Assembly: GCA_010093605.1 (NCBI GenBank)
Contig: MU004185.1
Location: forward strand, 1,137,334-1,201,333
From: Lophium mytilinum
Taxonomy: Eukaryota
Length of the DNA: 64,000 nt
Direction of reading: 5' to 3'
Below are positions 45,246-59,436 of the stretch, piece after piece. Within the stretch, counting starts at the first letter, position 1. Each line of letters starts with the position of its first letter. Made by a program: the position numbers and the translations under genes. The notes beneath the pieces are model-generated. The model searched no databases. It was not told the DNA's origin and saw nothing but the letters and a program-made list of their open reading frames with translations.

Positions 45246-46054
45246 CTATCGCACGAACATTACGTACACCGTACCCATCTCTTCCGCCCTCCTCCCATCC
45301 CGCCCAAGCCCAAACCCCGCCCTCCACACCTCACGCGTATACCTATCATTCCCACCTACTTCGCTCCGCTTCCACCAATCGACAAAGTCAAGCCCCCGCT
45401 CCATCCGCCACTTCGCCAGCGGCGTCCAATACCTAATCTTCAAGATACGGCACTCCACAAACGTCCTGATATCAAGAAACATCGTAAACAGAGGCCTCCG
45501 CATACACCTCCAAGAACGCAAACCAGACCTCGCGGAGCCCGCCGCTCTTGAAGGCCTCCGGGATACATCTGCACAGCTCCCAGACCTCCTTGGAATGCGC
45601 GCCGCGGTCATAGCGAGCATAGGAGAGCTGCCCAGCACGTGCGAAGGGGTCGTCACGCGTTGCTAGCGTGACGGAGGTGGGCGACATGGCGGTGAGAAAC
45701 GCGCGCATCGCGGTGCTGGAGTGGCGGACGCGGTATGAATCGAGGTTTAGTGGTAGCGTTTGGACTTACTCTGTGAGGTGGACGCTCTTGAGCCGAATGA
45801 GGAAGGCGCGGAGCAGCTTCAGCAGAGAGTCCCAGCGGGGAGTCGCGAGAATGATGACGGCGTTGATGAACAACTTTTGGTCCTTGTATATCTCCGAAGT
45901 GTGCCTGCAATAGTGCCGGTTCGACGCCCTGGAGGTGGCAGATTTTGGAGACGGCAGGGGTTGGTGTTATCGTTATGGATTCGTGGAGACAGAAGGCGTG
46001 GGTGAAGATTATGTCGATGAGTTCTTACGGTATTCTAGGGGATAGGAAAGCCAT
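45246..46054 (-). pseudogene. Disabled F-box-like hypothetical protein, paralog of the gene at 46484
   Basis: MAFLSPRIP*ELIDIIFTHAF..CHLQGVEPALLQ has a premature TAA, frameshifts and further stops; the tail NDRYTREVWRAGFGLGRDGRRAEEMGTV matches the neighbour. Confidence 0.7.
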
Positions 46055-46483
46055 GTTGATGGTTTGTTTCGGAGTGGAAGTACTCATAAGGGCCACGGCC
46101 GGAAGTGGTAATACGTATGGTTTTGGGGTCTGCGCGGAAAGGAAAAGACCTGGTGAGACAGGATGAGCAAGATGCATGAGTTCATCACAAATGTATGAGA
46201 CTAGAACACGGGGGAATTAGGGCGTGGTGAGGATACGGAATCGGACCCTTACCAAGGGCTCCCGGTAGTGTCAACCACGGCACCACATCGTCAGAAAAAT
46301 TTTCTACCTATCATGATTCGACCCCACATGCGCTCTAATTGCAGCTTTTACTATATTTTCTCGTCGTCCCTCGAACTAGCCGATACGATTTCGTCTCACA
46401 ATTACACAACACGAACTTACAACTGCTTTTTAACCGACGACACACCAACAAACCCTCTATAGAAATAACTGAAGAACAACAAA

Positions 46484-47331
46484 ATGGCTTCGAGCTACCA
46501 TCTTCCTCATCGGGGTCTGCCCCAAGAACTCCTCGATAAGATCTACGCCTACGCCCTCCGCCCGAACGAAGGTCTGACGATACGATGCAAAGGAGAGAAC
46601 CAACCCTACAATAGTCCCCAACCTGAGCAGGATCCAAATGAAAGAGCACAATGCTACATCCAAGGCCTTGCAGCTGGGCTATTGCGGACGAACTGGAAAA
46701 CTTACTGCGACACCAAGCACATGTTGTATAGCAACACTTGTGTCACGATAGCCACACGCTCTATAGACGCGATCGACTTCATCGTGGAGTTGCCTCTCCA
46801 GATCAGGAGCGTCATCATACCCGCCGAAATTACGTTAATGTGCTCCCCTCGAGCCTGGATTGATGATCTTGATACTTACGAGGATTGGAGCTATTACCTG
46901 AAGAAGAAAATGCCTTCCGCTGAGGTCACGATCGTGGTGAAAGACGCTAGAGCCCGCCGCAGCGGCGATTCTCCGACGGACTGGTATGTGGTATCGAGCA
47001 TTCTGGTAGGATTGCCAGAAGGTTGCTTTAGCGAAGTCCGCTTAGTATTTGAAGGGAACTTCGACAGTGTGCCTGTTTATGAGTTCGCCGACATCGAGGC
47101 GAGGTCGAGGAGGTAGTGCTGAAGTGGGAAGTTGCTAAGAAGCTATGGCTGTTGAGACTTGAGGGATTTGGTTGCTCCGATGAAGACGAGCTCGGGCGCC
47201 GGGAGGCGAATGAGAAATACTCTCGCGCAGCATGGGAAACAGAGGGGTTCACTCTTGAACGGGATGCCAATCGCGCTGGAGAAACGGGTACAGTGCTGGC
47301 TATCCGACGAGTGCCCGCCGCGAAAGAGTAA
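46484..47331 (+). pseudogene. F-box-like hypothetical protein with a frameshift near 47100
   Basis: GLPQELLDKIYAYAL (F-box-like start), AGLLRTNWKTY..TKHMLYSNT; the homologous C-terminus (NEKYSRAAWETEGFTLERDANRAGETGTV) lies in a different frame with no evident intron. Confidence 0.65.
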
Positions 47332-48918
47332 GAGCGTGGCGCGGAAACGTCAGCGATGAAGTTCATCAGAGTTACAAGAGAAGAGAATGAAGGGAACGAT
47401 GCGTCTGCTGGACACAAAGGACAGACATGATATACATCTCAAGGGCGAGGAGAGTGCGAGGAGCGGGGGGTTTGGGTGCCGCGTAGAACCGCTATGTAAT
47501 ACTCTCAACGATAGACTGAAATGTATCATAAAAGACGGACTAAAGACCAAACTGATAGACGTGCTTTCTGAGCCGACTGAAGCTTTCAAACGTCGTTCCC
47601 TCTTCATAGACAGATGGCATACAAAGCTGGTGGTCGGATCCCCAGACCTTCGACCAGGATGGCGATCGATGATCAGAGCAAGCCAAGCTTCTCCTCCCCA
47701 CCTGCGTCGTGTCCCCAGTGGAGCACGCCACGGTGGTGTAGTTCAGTTGGGACAGAGAGCTCCGATGGCGACGACTGAATCGGTCTTACGCCTGTACTAA
47801 GTGGAACAGGTGGAACCAGGCAAGACGTCATACAGCACCGGTTCCCACGACCGTCCGCTTCGTACGAGGACGAAGACGAGTACCAGCGGCTGGCAAGCGC
47901 TCGCGATATAGAGAGGGTCGTAGATAGCGGTTGGCATGGCGGACTGGCGGTTTGGGAGTTCCAGAAGGGAGAGTGAGGTGGTCGTATCAGCACGATGTTT
48001 CCAACAAGCTTGGGATGGGGGTTTCGCAACCCCACGCCATCTGCACTCCAAGCAAATTCAGGGGGATCCAACCAAAATGGCTGCAGGTGTCAGCGTGCGG
48101 CGAGGCTTGGCCAGTGCTGTGAGCGCCTCTGCCGGACGCCACGAAGCAAGCTGAAACGGTTCCCCTGGCCCGATAAGAGTGAATTGCAGCACCTGCACAC
48201 CTGTGAAAGAAAGGGGTCCTCCGCAGCCACGTCTCGAAGTTTGCATGTCTCGAAGTCTGCACCAGCGAGTCTGGCTTCACAATTGGCCACCCGGCGAAAA
48301 ATTAGCAGTCCCTAGCTCGACAGCTGGAACCAGAGCCATAATTCTCCCGAGTAGCGGCGCCCGTTGGGGCCCAGCACTTCTAAACGGGAATGCCGCGCGA
48401 CTGCATGCACGCCAATGCTGCACCTCGACGACATCGACGTCCAAAGTGAGAAAATGGCTGCAAATTGTGCGCGGCCCTGCTGCTATTTTGAACCCCAGAC
48501 CCACCCCGTGTTATCGGGGCAGCCATTCACACGAATGCTGCCTCGCTTCTCTGCATCGGGGATCAGCCCGCGGCTGCCAAGGGACGACCATCTCCTACCA
48601 AAGAATAATCCTTTGGGCCTTTAAGAGATGCCCTGCATCGACTCCCATCCGCCCACCTCCTTGTGTGCTGCTTTGTTTCATTCATCCGCCCGAAATTCCA
48701 CTACATACTATTGAATGAGTTCTCTGTGAACCGTGCTGCCTCAAAGACTGTCACTCGCTTCAGTCTTGTTCTCCCCGAGCTCATCCATTCCTACAGCCCC
48801 TTCCAACGTCATTTGTGGTCGAGCAGTTGATCAGCTCCCGCAGCAAACGACGCGCTCCCGAGCGGATTAACACGGGTTCCGCCAAACTTCTTCGCCTACC
48901 CTCTCCACCTCCTTCACT

Positions 48919-51900
48919 ATGACGACGCCAATCGCCGAACTTCCTGAGCCCCAGTACAACATGCCGACCGTCCAGGACCAGCGTTCATCGGACGAGGATG
49001 GCACCGTGGTGGGAGAGGAATCCTTGCGCGAGGACAATACGACTACCGGCAGGGGACGAAGCAACAGCCGCTTGACTCTCAACACAGAAGGCCATCTGCG
49101 GCCAATGGACTCCTTGGTATCTCCGTCAGCGTCGCGCGAGCAGGCTCACCGACTAGACGACGACTTGGCCATGCTACAGGTGGAGCGGCAAGTGTCCCAG
49201 CAGCAGAGCGAGGAGCTTGGCCGAAATGACTCCCAGACGCGTTCCATGCATCGCTCAAGGTCGCGTCGGGAGGACCCAATTGACGACTTCGATGCCGCTA
49301 CCAACCCTCTACACGAGAAGACCGCTATATACAAACCGCCTGAGAACCCCTCTACCACCTTTGCTAAGTTCATCAAGAAAGTCCACCACTCCAGCTTCTT
49401 GGTCCGCTACTTCGTCTACATTACGCCCGTTGTCCTGATAATCCTGATTCCCTTGCTACTGGGTGCTCTTATATTCAAGAAAGCTTCGGTTGGCGGTGTT
49501 TTCCTGGTGTGGTTCTGTATCTGGCTGGAAATAGTCTGGCTCACCCTCTGGGCTGGCCGAGTAAGTATCACAGAGCACTACTGTTGAACGTAACTAATGT
49601 TGCTATAGATCCTAGCGAAATGTCTACCTTGGCCAATCGGATTAGTTTCCAGTCTCTTTACTAACAACAGCAAGAAGTGGAGGGATATGGGAAAGCAGCT
49701 CGAAGTGCCCGCCACGCTGTTCTTCTGGTGGCTTGCTATCGAGATTTCCTTCTTACCGACTATGAAGAACCACCACTCCAACGGCAACAAGGCAACAAAG
49801 GGCTGGGAGAAGACGATGAATAAAGTGCTCATCTCAATCTTCGTGGCCATGATTCTCAACTTTGTGGAGAAGATTATCATCCAGCTCATCGCCATCAGCT
49901 TCCATCTGCGGACATACTCAGATCGAATCGAGCTCAACAAGTTTCAAATTGGCAGCTTGGCAAAGCTCTACAAATTCTCAAAGGACAAGATTGCCATGGA
50001 AGACTCGGAATTTGAGCAAAAGTCGGGCACTGCTTCTGGCGCACGCACACCGGGCCAACTTGTCAAGGAAGCTCAGAAGAACACAAAGGAAGCATTCAGC
50101 AAGTTCGGAGATGTTGCTGGTAAGATCGCCGGTGATTTTACCGGTCGCCAGATAGCGCAAAGCAACCATCCCAACCAGGTTGTGTTGACCCTCATGTCCA
50201 CCACTCCTGGAAGCCAAATATTAGCCCGCCGAATGTACCGCACTTTTGCACGGGAAGACACCGAAACTGTTCACTCAGAAGATTTAAAGAGCGCCTTCGA
50301 AAGCGAGGAGGAAGCCGATGCGGCGTTCTCCATGTTTGACAAGGACATGAACGGAGATATCTCCATGGAAGAGCTAGAGGCCGTGTGCGTAGAAATTGGC
50401 CGAGAACGCAAGTCGATCACCGCGTCTCTCAAGGATTTGGACTCCGTTGTCAGCAAGTTGGACGACGTCTTCATGTTTGTGGTCTTCGTCATCACGATTC
50501 TGGTGTTCATATCGCTCATCTCGACTTCGGCTGCTGGTGTCCTTACGTCTGCCGGTTCCACAGTTCTGGCTCTCTCGTGGCTCTTTTCAGCAACCGCCCA
50601 GGAGTTCCTTCAGTCCGTCATCTTCGTCTTTGTCAAGCATCCATTCGATGTTGGTGACCGCGTTGGCATCTATGGAAACACGGGTGCCCTTGGTCGCGGT
50701 GATGACTACTTCGTCAAAGAAATTGCTCTTCTCTATACCGAGTTTAAAAAGATGGAAGGTCACGTTGTCCAGGCTCCTAACAGCTACCTCAACACCCTTT
50801 TCATCCTCAATCAACGCCGGTCCGGAGGTCTTGCCGAAGCTGTTCCTGTCATCATCAAATTCGGCACCACCCTCGAACAGATCGAGAGCCTCCGTTCACG
50901 GTTACTTGCTTTCGTCATAGAGGAGAAACGAGAATACCAGAACAAAATTCTTACGGAATTGCGCGAGGTCACTGAAGCCCACTCCATCACCTTGAACGTG
51001 GTGTTCTTCTACAAATCCAATTGGCAAAACGAATTGCTACGTCTTCAACGTCGGAACAAGTTCATCTGCGCCTTGATGGTGACGATGCAGGAACTTGGGA
51101 TCGAAGGTCCTCGCATGCGGTTCCCTGGCCAAAAGGAGTCCTTCCCCGTATATATGCAGAACCTTCCTCATACTGCGACTCCTGGTACTGGCCACAATGG
51201 AAATCCTGACAACCCTAACGGCTTCCGTAACAACGAGTCTCAAGATGCACCGTTCGTTCCCCCGATGGATAACAACTCCCAGTCAGGACATAGCCCTGCT
51301 CCAGCTCGATACGGTTCTATCCTTCGTAATGGCGGCACCCGTCCTCGCGGTGAATCCCTTGCTGCCATGGGCCGACGAGTTGATTTTTCCCTCGGTATGA
51401 AGGACATTTCGTCTGGTGATATGGCTGGCGACCTCTTTGAAGATCGTGATTCTAGAGACCAATCCCGTCTCGCTGCACTCCGACTGAACAGTCCTTCACC
51501 TCGCGTTTCGCAAGAGACTCGCTCGCGGTCGTCGCGCGACACAGAGCGCACCACCAGTCACACCACTGCCATAGATGATTTCGCTTTGAAAGGAAGGCTC
51601 AACCGCATCAACACCGATAGCTCTGCTGCTCGCGACCGAAGCAACCACCGCAATCGCTTCTTCGGACGAGGCAGAAAATCTGAGGATGAGGCCCGTATGA
51701 TGGAAACAGGCATGGCCGAAATTCCTGAGGATGGCAGGCAAACAGCCTCCAGCGACCGCCATCGCCTCGACCCGCGTACGGGCTTGGTCAGCCCAGTAGC
51801 CATCCGCCTACAATCGGACGAGAACCACTCGCAGTACCACGCTTCAGGTGGTCTTCCACCGTCCTCCCACTCTCGTGACCTCGATCTCCATATGCCTCCA

Positions 51901-51942
51901 CGGAGCCAGACGGATACCTTCGAGATGCGACGACTCCACTAA
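48919..51942 (+). CDS. MscS-like mechanosensitive ion channel with EF-hand (fission-yeast Msy1/Msy2-like)
   Basis: [17 protein letters not shown]-hand [48 protein letters not shown]; intron 49561-49608. Confidence 0.93.
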
Positions 51943-52482
51943 ATGATACTCCTAGATCTTTCGTTTATTATAGATTGTGTGTTTTGCGGCATCAATGGCG
52001 CAGGCTTTGCAATGGACGTTCGACTCCAAATTCTGCTTTTAATTGTATTCAGCCCATTTGTAGATTTTCTTTGGGCTACGACTTCATGCTGGCGCATTCT
52101 GGCCTGCTAGACCTTTGATTTTTCTTCTCTGTTCTGTTACTGAAATACCCGTTCGATGAAGAGCGAACGAGCGGGTACTTTTCTATAGCTGCATTGGCTG
52201 AATTAGCATCGACTTTGAGCAAATGACCATCTTTGCTACGTATTGATATTTGTGATCATCCTGTGAATTGAGAACGAATGTGAACTTAAGTAAGGAGGTA
52301 GGATTTGATACATCTACACTGCCCTTATAATACACTCCTCGTCCTGATACTCTCCGCCAACGCCAAGCCCATGCAAATATTTATATACCTTGATCCCACT
52401 ACTGTGCACATCATCTACACCCCCCTTCCCGTCCTATCTCACAAGTCCTCAATTCTCCCTCTACCCTTCTAGTAGACCGCTT

Positions 52483-52820
52483 CTACGCACGCGCGGGCTC
52501 TGTCGGCTTATCCGGGACCTTCACATCAGAGAACTCGTCCTGCGAGACCGCCTTGATCGTGAATGCATCTGCCCAACACTCGTCAGCTCTCGCCTATGCT
52601 CCAATCTCTGACCACCGGTAACGTACAAACTGAGATTGTGAAAGCGAAGATAGCGGCGCCGGTTGCGATATTCTTGAGCAGGAAAGGTTGCCGCGCGCGG
52701 ATGAGGGCGGCGGATTGCTTGTAGTTCTTGTCGTAGTAGCTTGAGCGGGGAATGCTGAAGGAGACCGGTTAGACAAAAAGTATATAGATTGAGACTGGGA
52801 GGTATGACTTACATCGGCAT
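52483..52820 (-). CDS. COA3: Cytochrome c oxidase assembly factor 3
   Basis: Introns 52812-52755 and 52626-52569 give MPIIPRSSYYDKNYKQSAALIRARQPFLLKNIATGAAIFAFTISVYAFTIKAVSQDEFSDVKVPDKPTEPARA*; not in the ORF track. Confidence 0.88.
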
Positions 52821-53261
52821 CCTGGCGGTTTGACTATGATTGTGGTTGCGGAGAAGCCGTGGTAACTGAGTAGAGGCGTCGTCAAATGTGAAGCCCTGGT
52901 GGTCCCATCTCTCATCCATGAGAGTCCACCATAAATCATGGGCCCGTGCGTTGGACCGCGTGCTCCAGCTCTTTCACGTCGACTTCATTGTCCTCTCCCC
53001 ACGCGACCTCCATCACTAACCCGCCCATCAACTTGCCCGCCTGCTGCTCTGGACCCGGAATGCGGTGGCCGCTTGACTACACCACTGCTTTGACAAGCCT
53101 AAGCTTTTGCTGAGGAGGGTGCTGTTCTGCGAACCAGCTTTCACTGCGCGTGCTTCGCAACTACACCCACGACCCGCCAAACCACCTCTGTATCTCCTCA
53201 TTTGCCTACAGTAGCTTAGCTACCTCTACTGCTGCCCTCCCTCTCTGTAGCCCAAGCAATC

Positions 53262-56017
53262 ATGGCCACCAACCCACCCCCCGCCACTACAGCGACTATC
53301 GCCCAACTTGAAACCGCCCGCAACCTCGCGCTCGGCGACGTACGCTACTACAACCAAATTCTGCTAAGCATCCTGCCCATGATATCTGGCGCGACTATTC
53401 CGGTGGAGCTGCAGAGATGGGGCGCCGATTTCATTGCAGAGGCGTTCGCGAACCCGGTGCTCAATCCGGGGGAGAAGCAGGAGATGGCGATTAAATCGAC
53501 CAAGGAATCGCAGGGCACAACAGTACTTGAAGCACTAAAGGGATATTTGGAGACCAGCCAAGACGCGGCTGTCTTGAAGAGCGTGGTGCAGGCGGCGGCG
53601 AGCGTGTATCCGCTCGTGTTTCGGCATACGTGAGTTGCTTCCCCGTGAATTTGGGCCACCGTGAGGCTTCTTATACTCGTGGTGGAAAGTTCTTCTAGCG
53701 TGCAATGCGACCTAACATGAAATGTGTCTTTAGGATAGTCACTCCCTCTGATACGCAGAATTGGCAGGTCATCGCCGCTATCAAGTCGAACATACTGCGC
53801 AGGATGGACTCGGCGCCGCCTGGGGTCAGGGTCTGCTGTATCAAGTTTGTGCAGCGCGTAATTCAGGTCGAGACTCCAGGCTTGATATCGGATCCGCGAC
53901 GTCCTGAGCAGAATGAGATTTCCCTTGCTCTCGTACCGCGCGACCATCCGTTGCTACAACTGCCAAATCTAGAGGCGGAGGCCTCGGGGCTTCTAGATCG
54001 GCTGCTCGACATACTACAGAGTGATATCAGGTCAGCCCAATTAGAAGCATACTCTGGGACAGTTCTGACGATGAACAGTGATGCACTACTGGTTACGGCG
54101 ACGCTGAATTCTCTGGGAACGCTGGTTCGCTGTAGACCCGTTATTGCGAACAAGATCATTTCGGCAGTCCTCAATTTCAATCCCTTCAAACCTGCAAATT
54201 CGCCCCTTACTTCCAAGTCGAAAGTCGAGATGAAGGCAATGGAACGGACAACGCGGGCTCTTCTCGTAAATCTGATGAAGAGGTATGCTACCCTACGACT
54301 ACAGAATCTCCTGTCTATGGCTCACAATGTTTAGGAACCCCGAAAACCCCTTCAATGCCCGAATACAGCAATACGTAGAACGCATGGCCCGTATGCGCAT
54401 CGAGGTATTAGACGACACTAATCGCAAGCGCCCAGCGCCTTCAGAGCCTACAGATGGATTCGATCCATCCAAGCGACCACGTCTCGAAGCTCATGGCCAG
54501 GTGATGGCTGCACCGCCGCCAGGCCCAGTCAGCTTTGCGGACCTCTACACGTTGACCCATGATGCGGGAGCCAAGAGCTTCGATGTCCAAGTGATTCCGA
54601 TTGACACGGTGGTTCAGATCATTGTGCCAATGTTGATGCGAATCGACAAGGGGAAGATGGACGATGCAATTAACGTATGTGACCATTTTGCTCGAATCTT
54701 GTTTCGTGCCCCTCTTTGCCCCCTGGTGCAGCATCAGCATGCATGCGTCGGTGTCACGTGCCCTTATATCCCATCCCAAGATACATGAAATCCAGCATCA
54801 CCTGCCTTCTCAAGCATCAAACTACGATAGTATAATCTCGAAACAAATAGCTAACTCCTTATAGACCGTCCGCGCCCGCCTCCTCACCCTCAGCAAACTA
54901 CCCCCACAACCTCCCGCGCCCCTTTCTGGCCCCGACGACGACGAGTACGAGCCCGACTTCGCGCCGCGCGAAGATGCCGAGCAAATTTCGAACAAGCTCG
55001 CGAATGCGCCCCCTGAAGGCCTCGACGTCCGGCCGTCCACCTCTCTCGCCCCTTTCAAGCTCCCTCAGGCTCCTCCCATCACCGAAAAGGAACTGGAAGA
55101 CTATGGCAGCTCGACAATCCGCCGCGTGTTTGACACGATGAATGCGCTATCTACACCTGCGAAGAAGACGAAGCCAGGATTCAACCGCTGTGCGGCGAGT
55201 AGCTATGACCGGGAGGCGTGGATGACGATTATCACGCGCCTAGCAACGCGGGCGGGGATTGGATTAGGCGACGAGGAGGAGGACGAAGCCGCCTATGCCG
55301 GTGGACCAGTCAAGATCAAATCAGAGGGAAAGCGGGTCGTAAAAAGCGGCTGGAAACTCAACGAGGCGATTCGCGAGATGCTCTACCAACACATCATGGC
55401 CGACTGGCGGCGACGTATTGATTTCGCGACCAGCTGGCTTAGCGAGGAGTGGTACAACGACCGGATCTCTGGTGACTTCTTCGCTGCGCAAATCAAGAAG
55501 CAGAACGGCAACGGGAATGGCAATAGCGCGGTAACTACGCCGCAAACCCCGAACTACACGAAATGGGTCCTGAAGCTGCTGGATAGTATGCTGCCGTATC
55601 TGGAATCTAACGACAAGGGCATCATCCGCTTCCTATCCGAAATCCCGGCGATTGATGAGCAGATCCTGACTAGGGTGAAGCGGATTGCGGAGGATCCGGA
55701 GAGGGTAGGGTTGACGGTGAATGTGCTGCATTACCTTATTCTGTTCAGGCCGCCGGTGAGGGAGATGTGTGTCGGGGCTGTGGAGGATCTGTGGCGGAAC
55801 TGTAAGTGGCAACATGCCCTCGAGATACAAGAAGCTTGAACGATGACTAATTGTGAATATAGATGACGGCGCGAAGACGAGTACGCGGAAGCTGCTGCTA
55901 AAATGGCGGCCAGAGGTTCTTCAAGAAGAGCTGGTGAAGGCCGAAGATGCGAAGGTGAATGGGGAGGCATCGGGCGTTGGGGGACCGGTGACGGCTCAGG
56001 ACGAGATGAAGGCGTGA
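53262..56017 (+). CDS. PTA1: mRNA cleavage/polyadenylation factor subunit Pta1 (symplekin N-terminal domain)
   Basis: ELQRWGADFIAEAF, VLKSVVQAAASVYPLVFR, GVRVCCIKFVQRVIQVETPG, LEAEASGLLDRLL, MERTTRALL, WLSEEWYND, IRFLSEIP; five introns; divergent from COA3 across about 440 bp. Confidence 0.92.
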
Positions 56018-56907
56018 AAATTGGCGTCTGACACGGGGATTTATTCAAGATGAAGTGGGAAATTCTCCATTCGACGCTGATACGGACAGGATCAGCTACT
56101 AGGGATACAAGTTCTCTGTATGCATAGACGCATCAGTGGATGCCATAGGGTTTTACTGGTCAAGGGAATGGGTTTTGTAACAATAGTACCGGATACCAGG
56201 GGCATAGCAGCGTCTGCGCGTCTGCGAGTGGAGAACCTGAACTCTGGACTGCGCTGAGGTGGACGGTTCAAGGGGATTGGCAGTGCATGAACAGTAAATC
56301 CAAACATATCTAACTAAATTTCAGGGCCTTCATATCACGTGATGAGCATATGCTCTTAGCGTCCCTCATACCTTACTTGATGTACTCTAGTAGGCGCGGC
56401 CTCCTCTCCCAAAGAGACAAGCCGGCCTCTGAATCGAACTTCGGGCCGAACTTCGTTTTCCCGCAATAGGGTACCTTACCCCTTACGCCCTAGATCTTCT
56501 CGAAACGTTCCAGCCCTATCACTCTTCAACACTTTTGTCTGACCGTTTGACTCGCATACACCTAGTATCTTTGAAATCGAATAGCTTATCACCATGTGCA
56601 CACTCGTGGTTGGAGAGAACCGCCTTGACATGCTGCGAACAAACGCTGGGGAACGAACCACGAAATCCGGGGTCTCCACTCTGGCGCAGAAATAAAATCG
56701 GGTCTTGCAGCTTGCGTTATCAGCAACGTTTTCACGCACGATGCTGATATGGTACGCTTGGAGTAGTTCATAAGGGAGTAAAATGCCTGGCTTTGCATAG
56801 TATCTCAAACGTCCATTCCTTTCATTTCTACCATCATCCCTATTCAAACTCAGACATCCACTTTTATCATCATCAGCATATCAAAAAGACAACCCCCCAA
56901 CACCACC

Positions 56908-58461
56908 ATGATGGACCCCAAAAAACGCCGCGTCGTCCTAATCGGCTGCTACATCTCCCTCTCCGGGCTCCTCTACGGCCTCGACACCGGCTCCATCGGG
57001 CCCATAACCTCCATGACCCAATTCACCGCCTCCATCGGCCCCCTCACCCCGATCCACCAAGGCCTCTACGTCTCCAGCTTCCTCCTCTCCGCCGCCCTCT
57101 CCTCCCTCGCCTCGGGCCACGTCGCCGACAAGATCTCCCGCAAGTACGGCATCCTCACCGGCGCCTTCCTCACCCTCGCCGGCACCGTCTTCAGCGCCGC
57201 GTCCCCCAACCTCGCCGCGCTGATCTGCGCGCGCCTGCTCACCGGCGTCGGCGCCGGCCAGGCGATATCGGTGACGACGGTTTATTTGGTGGAGATCGCG
57301 CGCCCAGAGGTCCGCGGCACCCTCGCCTGCCTCATCCAGTCGTACATCGTCTCCGGCGTCGCGCTCGGCTACTTCATCTCGTACGGCACGCGGGGGATCG
57401 CGGGCAGCCTGGCGTGGCGGGCACCTTTCATCATCCAGGCGGTCGTCGCGGCGTGCTTATGCGCGGGGGCGGGCTTCATGCCGTTCTCGCCGCGGTGGCT
57501 GGTGCGGTCGGGGCGCAGCGAGGAAGCGAAGCGCGTGCTACTACGCCTACGAGAGCCGCTGGAGGCAGAGCAGGAGCTGGTGGAGATCAGGGAGGGGATT
57601 GATGCGGAGCGGCAGCGGCCGGACGCGGGGTGGAGCGAGATGTTCGCGCGGCGGTATGTAGGGAGGACGGCGCTGGGGTGTTTCCTGATGGCGTTTCAGC
57701 AGTTGACGGGCATTGATGCGATTCTGTATTATGCGCCGATTGTGTTTCAGCAGGCGGGGTTTACGGCGGAGAGGGCATCGTTCTTGGCGTCGGGCGTGTC
57801 GGGGATTATTATGGTGCTTTGTACGGTTCCGGCGCAGATTTGGGTGGATAAGTGGAGTAGGCGCAAGACGCTGGGGATTGGAGGGATGGCGTGCGCTGGG
57901 TGCTTCATCGTTATCGGGTCTTTGTATGCGAAGTACGGGAGCGTGCAAGACGGGGGGGTGGTGTTGAGTTCGAAGCCGGCGCAGTGGACCGTTATTGTCC
58001 TGATCTATGTCTTTTCGGCCAACTTCTCGTGGTCTTGGGCGGTTGTGAGTTCATCCTTCCCTTCCGTTGTTACATCAGTGCGTTGCTAATAACCTGGTAT
58101 CTAGGTTGGCAAAATCTACGCCTGCGAAATCATCCCAACACGCTTACGAGCGAAAGTTTGCGCCGTTGAGCAATTAACGAACTGGCTGGTGAACTTCACC
58201 ATTGCGCTCACCGCGCCGCTCTTCCTCAGGTCATCCCCTAGCGGGCCGTACTTCCTCTTCGGATTCTCGACCCTGCTGGCTGCTACGGTGTGCTTCTTCA
58301 TGCCTGAGACGGCGATGAAGTCGCTGGAGCAAATTGAGGGGCTGTTTGAGAAGGGGCAGAACCTACGTTCCTCGGTCGAGCTTGAAGTCGGAAACCCTCC
58401 CCAGATGAGTACTGCAGAGGATATGGTGAGCGTTGTTCCAAAGGGAGGAATAGCGGTATGA
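56908..58461 (+). CDS. MFS sugar porter family transporter
   Basis: GLLYGLDTGSIG, ADKISRK, VYLVEIARPEVRG, PFSPRWL, FQQLTGIDAILYYAP, EIIPTRLRAK, PET; one intron about 58045-58104. Confidence 0.93.
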
Positions 58462-59436
58462 AAGTAGGGTAGCAGATAGACAACCGTGATAGATGAAAGA
58501 CAGATTGAATATGCTTCGTTAAAGTGCTTTCAAAGCGGCTACAAGACGGAGAGGATGAACGCTTGATCGTTGGACATAGAAACAACTCGTAGCCTAGCGT
58601 AGATTCATTCGTCGACTTCTGAAAGCTAAATTACATGGAGGCACTTTTGCAGTCCAATCCAGCCATTGCACGTCTCCCACCCGCTAGCAGTAAACGACAC
58701 ATATCACGGGTTAGAAACAATGTTAAGAAGTCTTGGTTGCAACTCCGCTCTAAACACGAGCTCAGACAGACGTCCCAACCCCTTTCCAGTCAAGACGAAA
58801 GAGAAAAGAGAGAGAGTATGCCGGACAATTGCAATAAGGAACGAGAAGGCAGCGGGCAAGTAGCACAATCCAGCCCTGTTTCGACAACGCCCATATTCTA
58901 GAAGTACGTCCATAGGACCCCCCACTAAAAGTAGCTAGACCGCCGCTTAGTCTATCCCCCTGCCACCCACCCGCCCCTGAAACCCCTGCTCGACGCACGA
59001 TTATAATATCAAGATAATCAACCGGCATCAAGATTCCTCCGCTTAGCGGCTGCTCGCCAATCACGACCACCGTGTTGTAGCAACCACCAATGCCATCCAG
59101 GACCCGCCATCGGTTGCGAGGAGTTAGACGGGTTTAATGAGCAAGAAAGACAGTCGCGCTGTGAGGATTTGGGAGCTCGAGTTGCGGATTTAAGCTTGGG
59201 TAACGCCGCCGGCTCATAAGGCGCGTAGAAAAAAGTTTATATGTATATTAGGTATAAGGAGGCGGGGGGAACTGGTTTTGATTGTATCTATATCACGCAA
59301 CTATCCCAGGTACTACCATCCGCTTTCCGCTTTCTCTAAAGAGGTTTCTTTGTTCTCACCGCTTTCCTCAACATATCCCTCAACCTCATTCTAGGTATTT
59401 TCCATACTACTCAATCTCTTTTAGAATATAAGCGTC

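Noticed and set aside
47114..47116. TAG as an A-to-I editable premature stop
   Set aside because: The homologous C-terminus is in a different frame, so read-through would not restore the protein.
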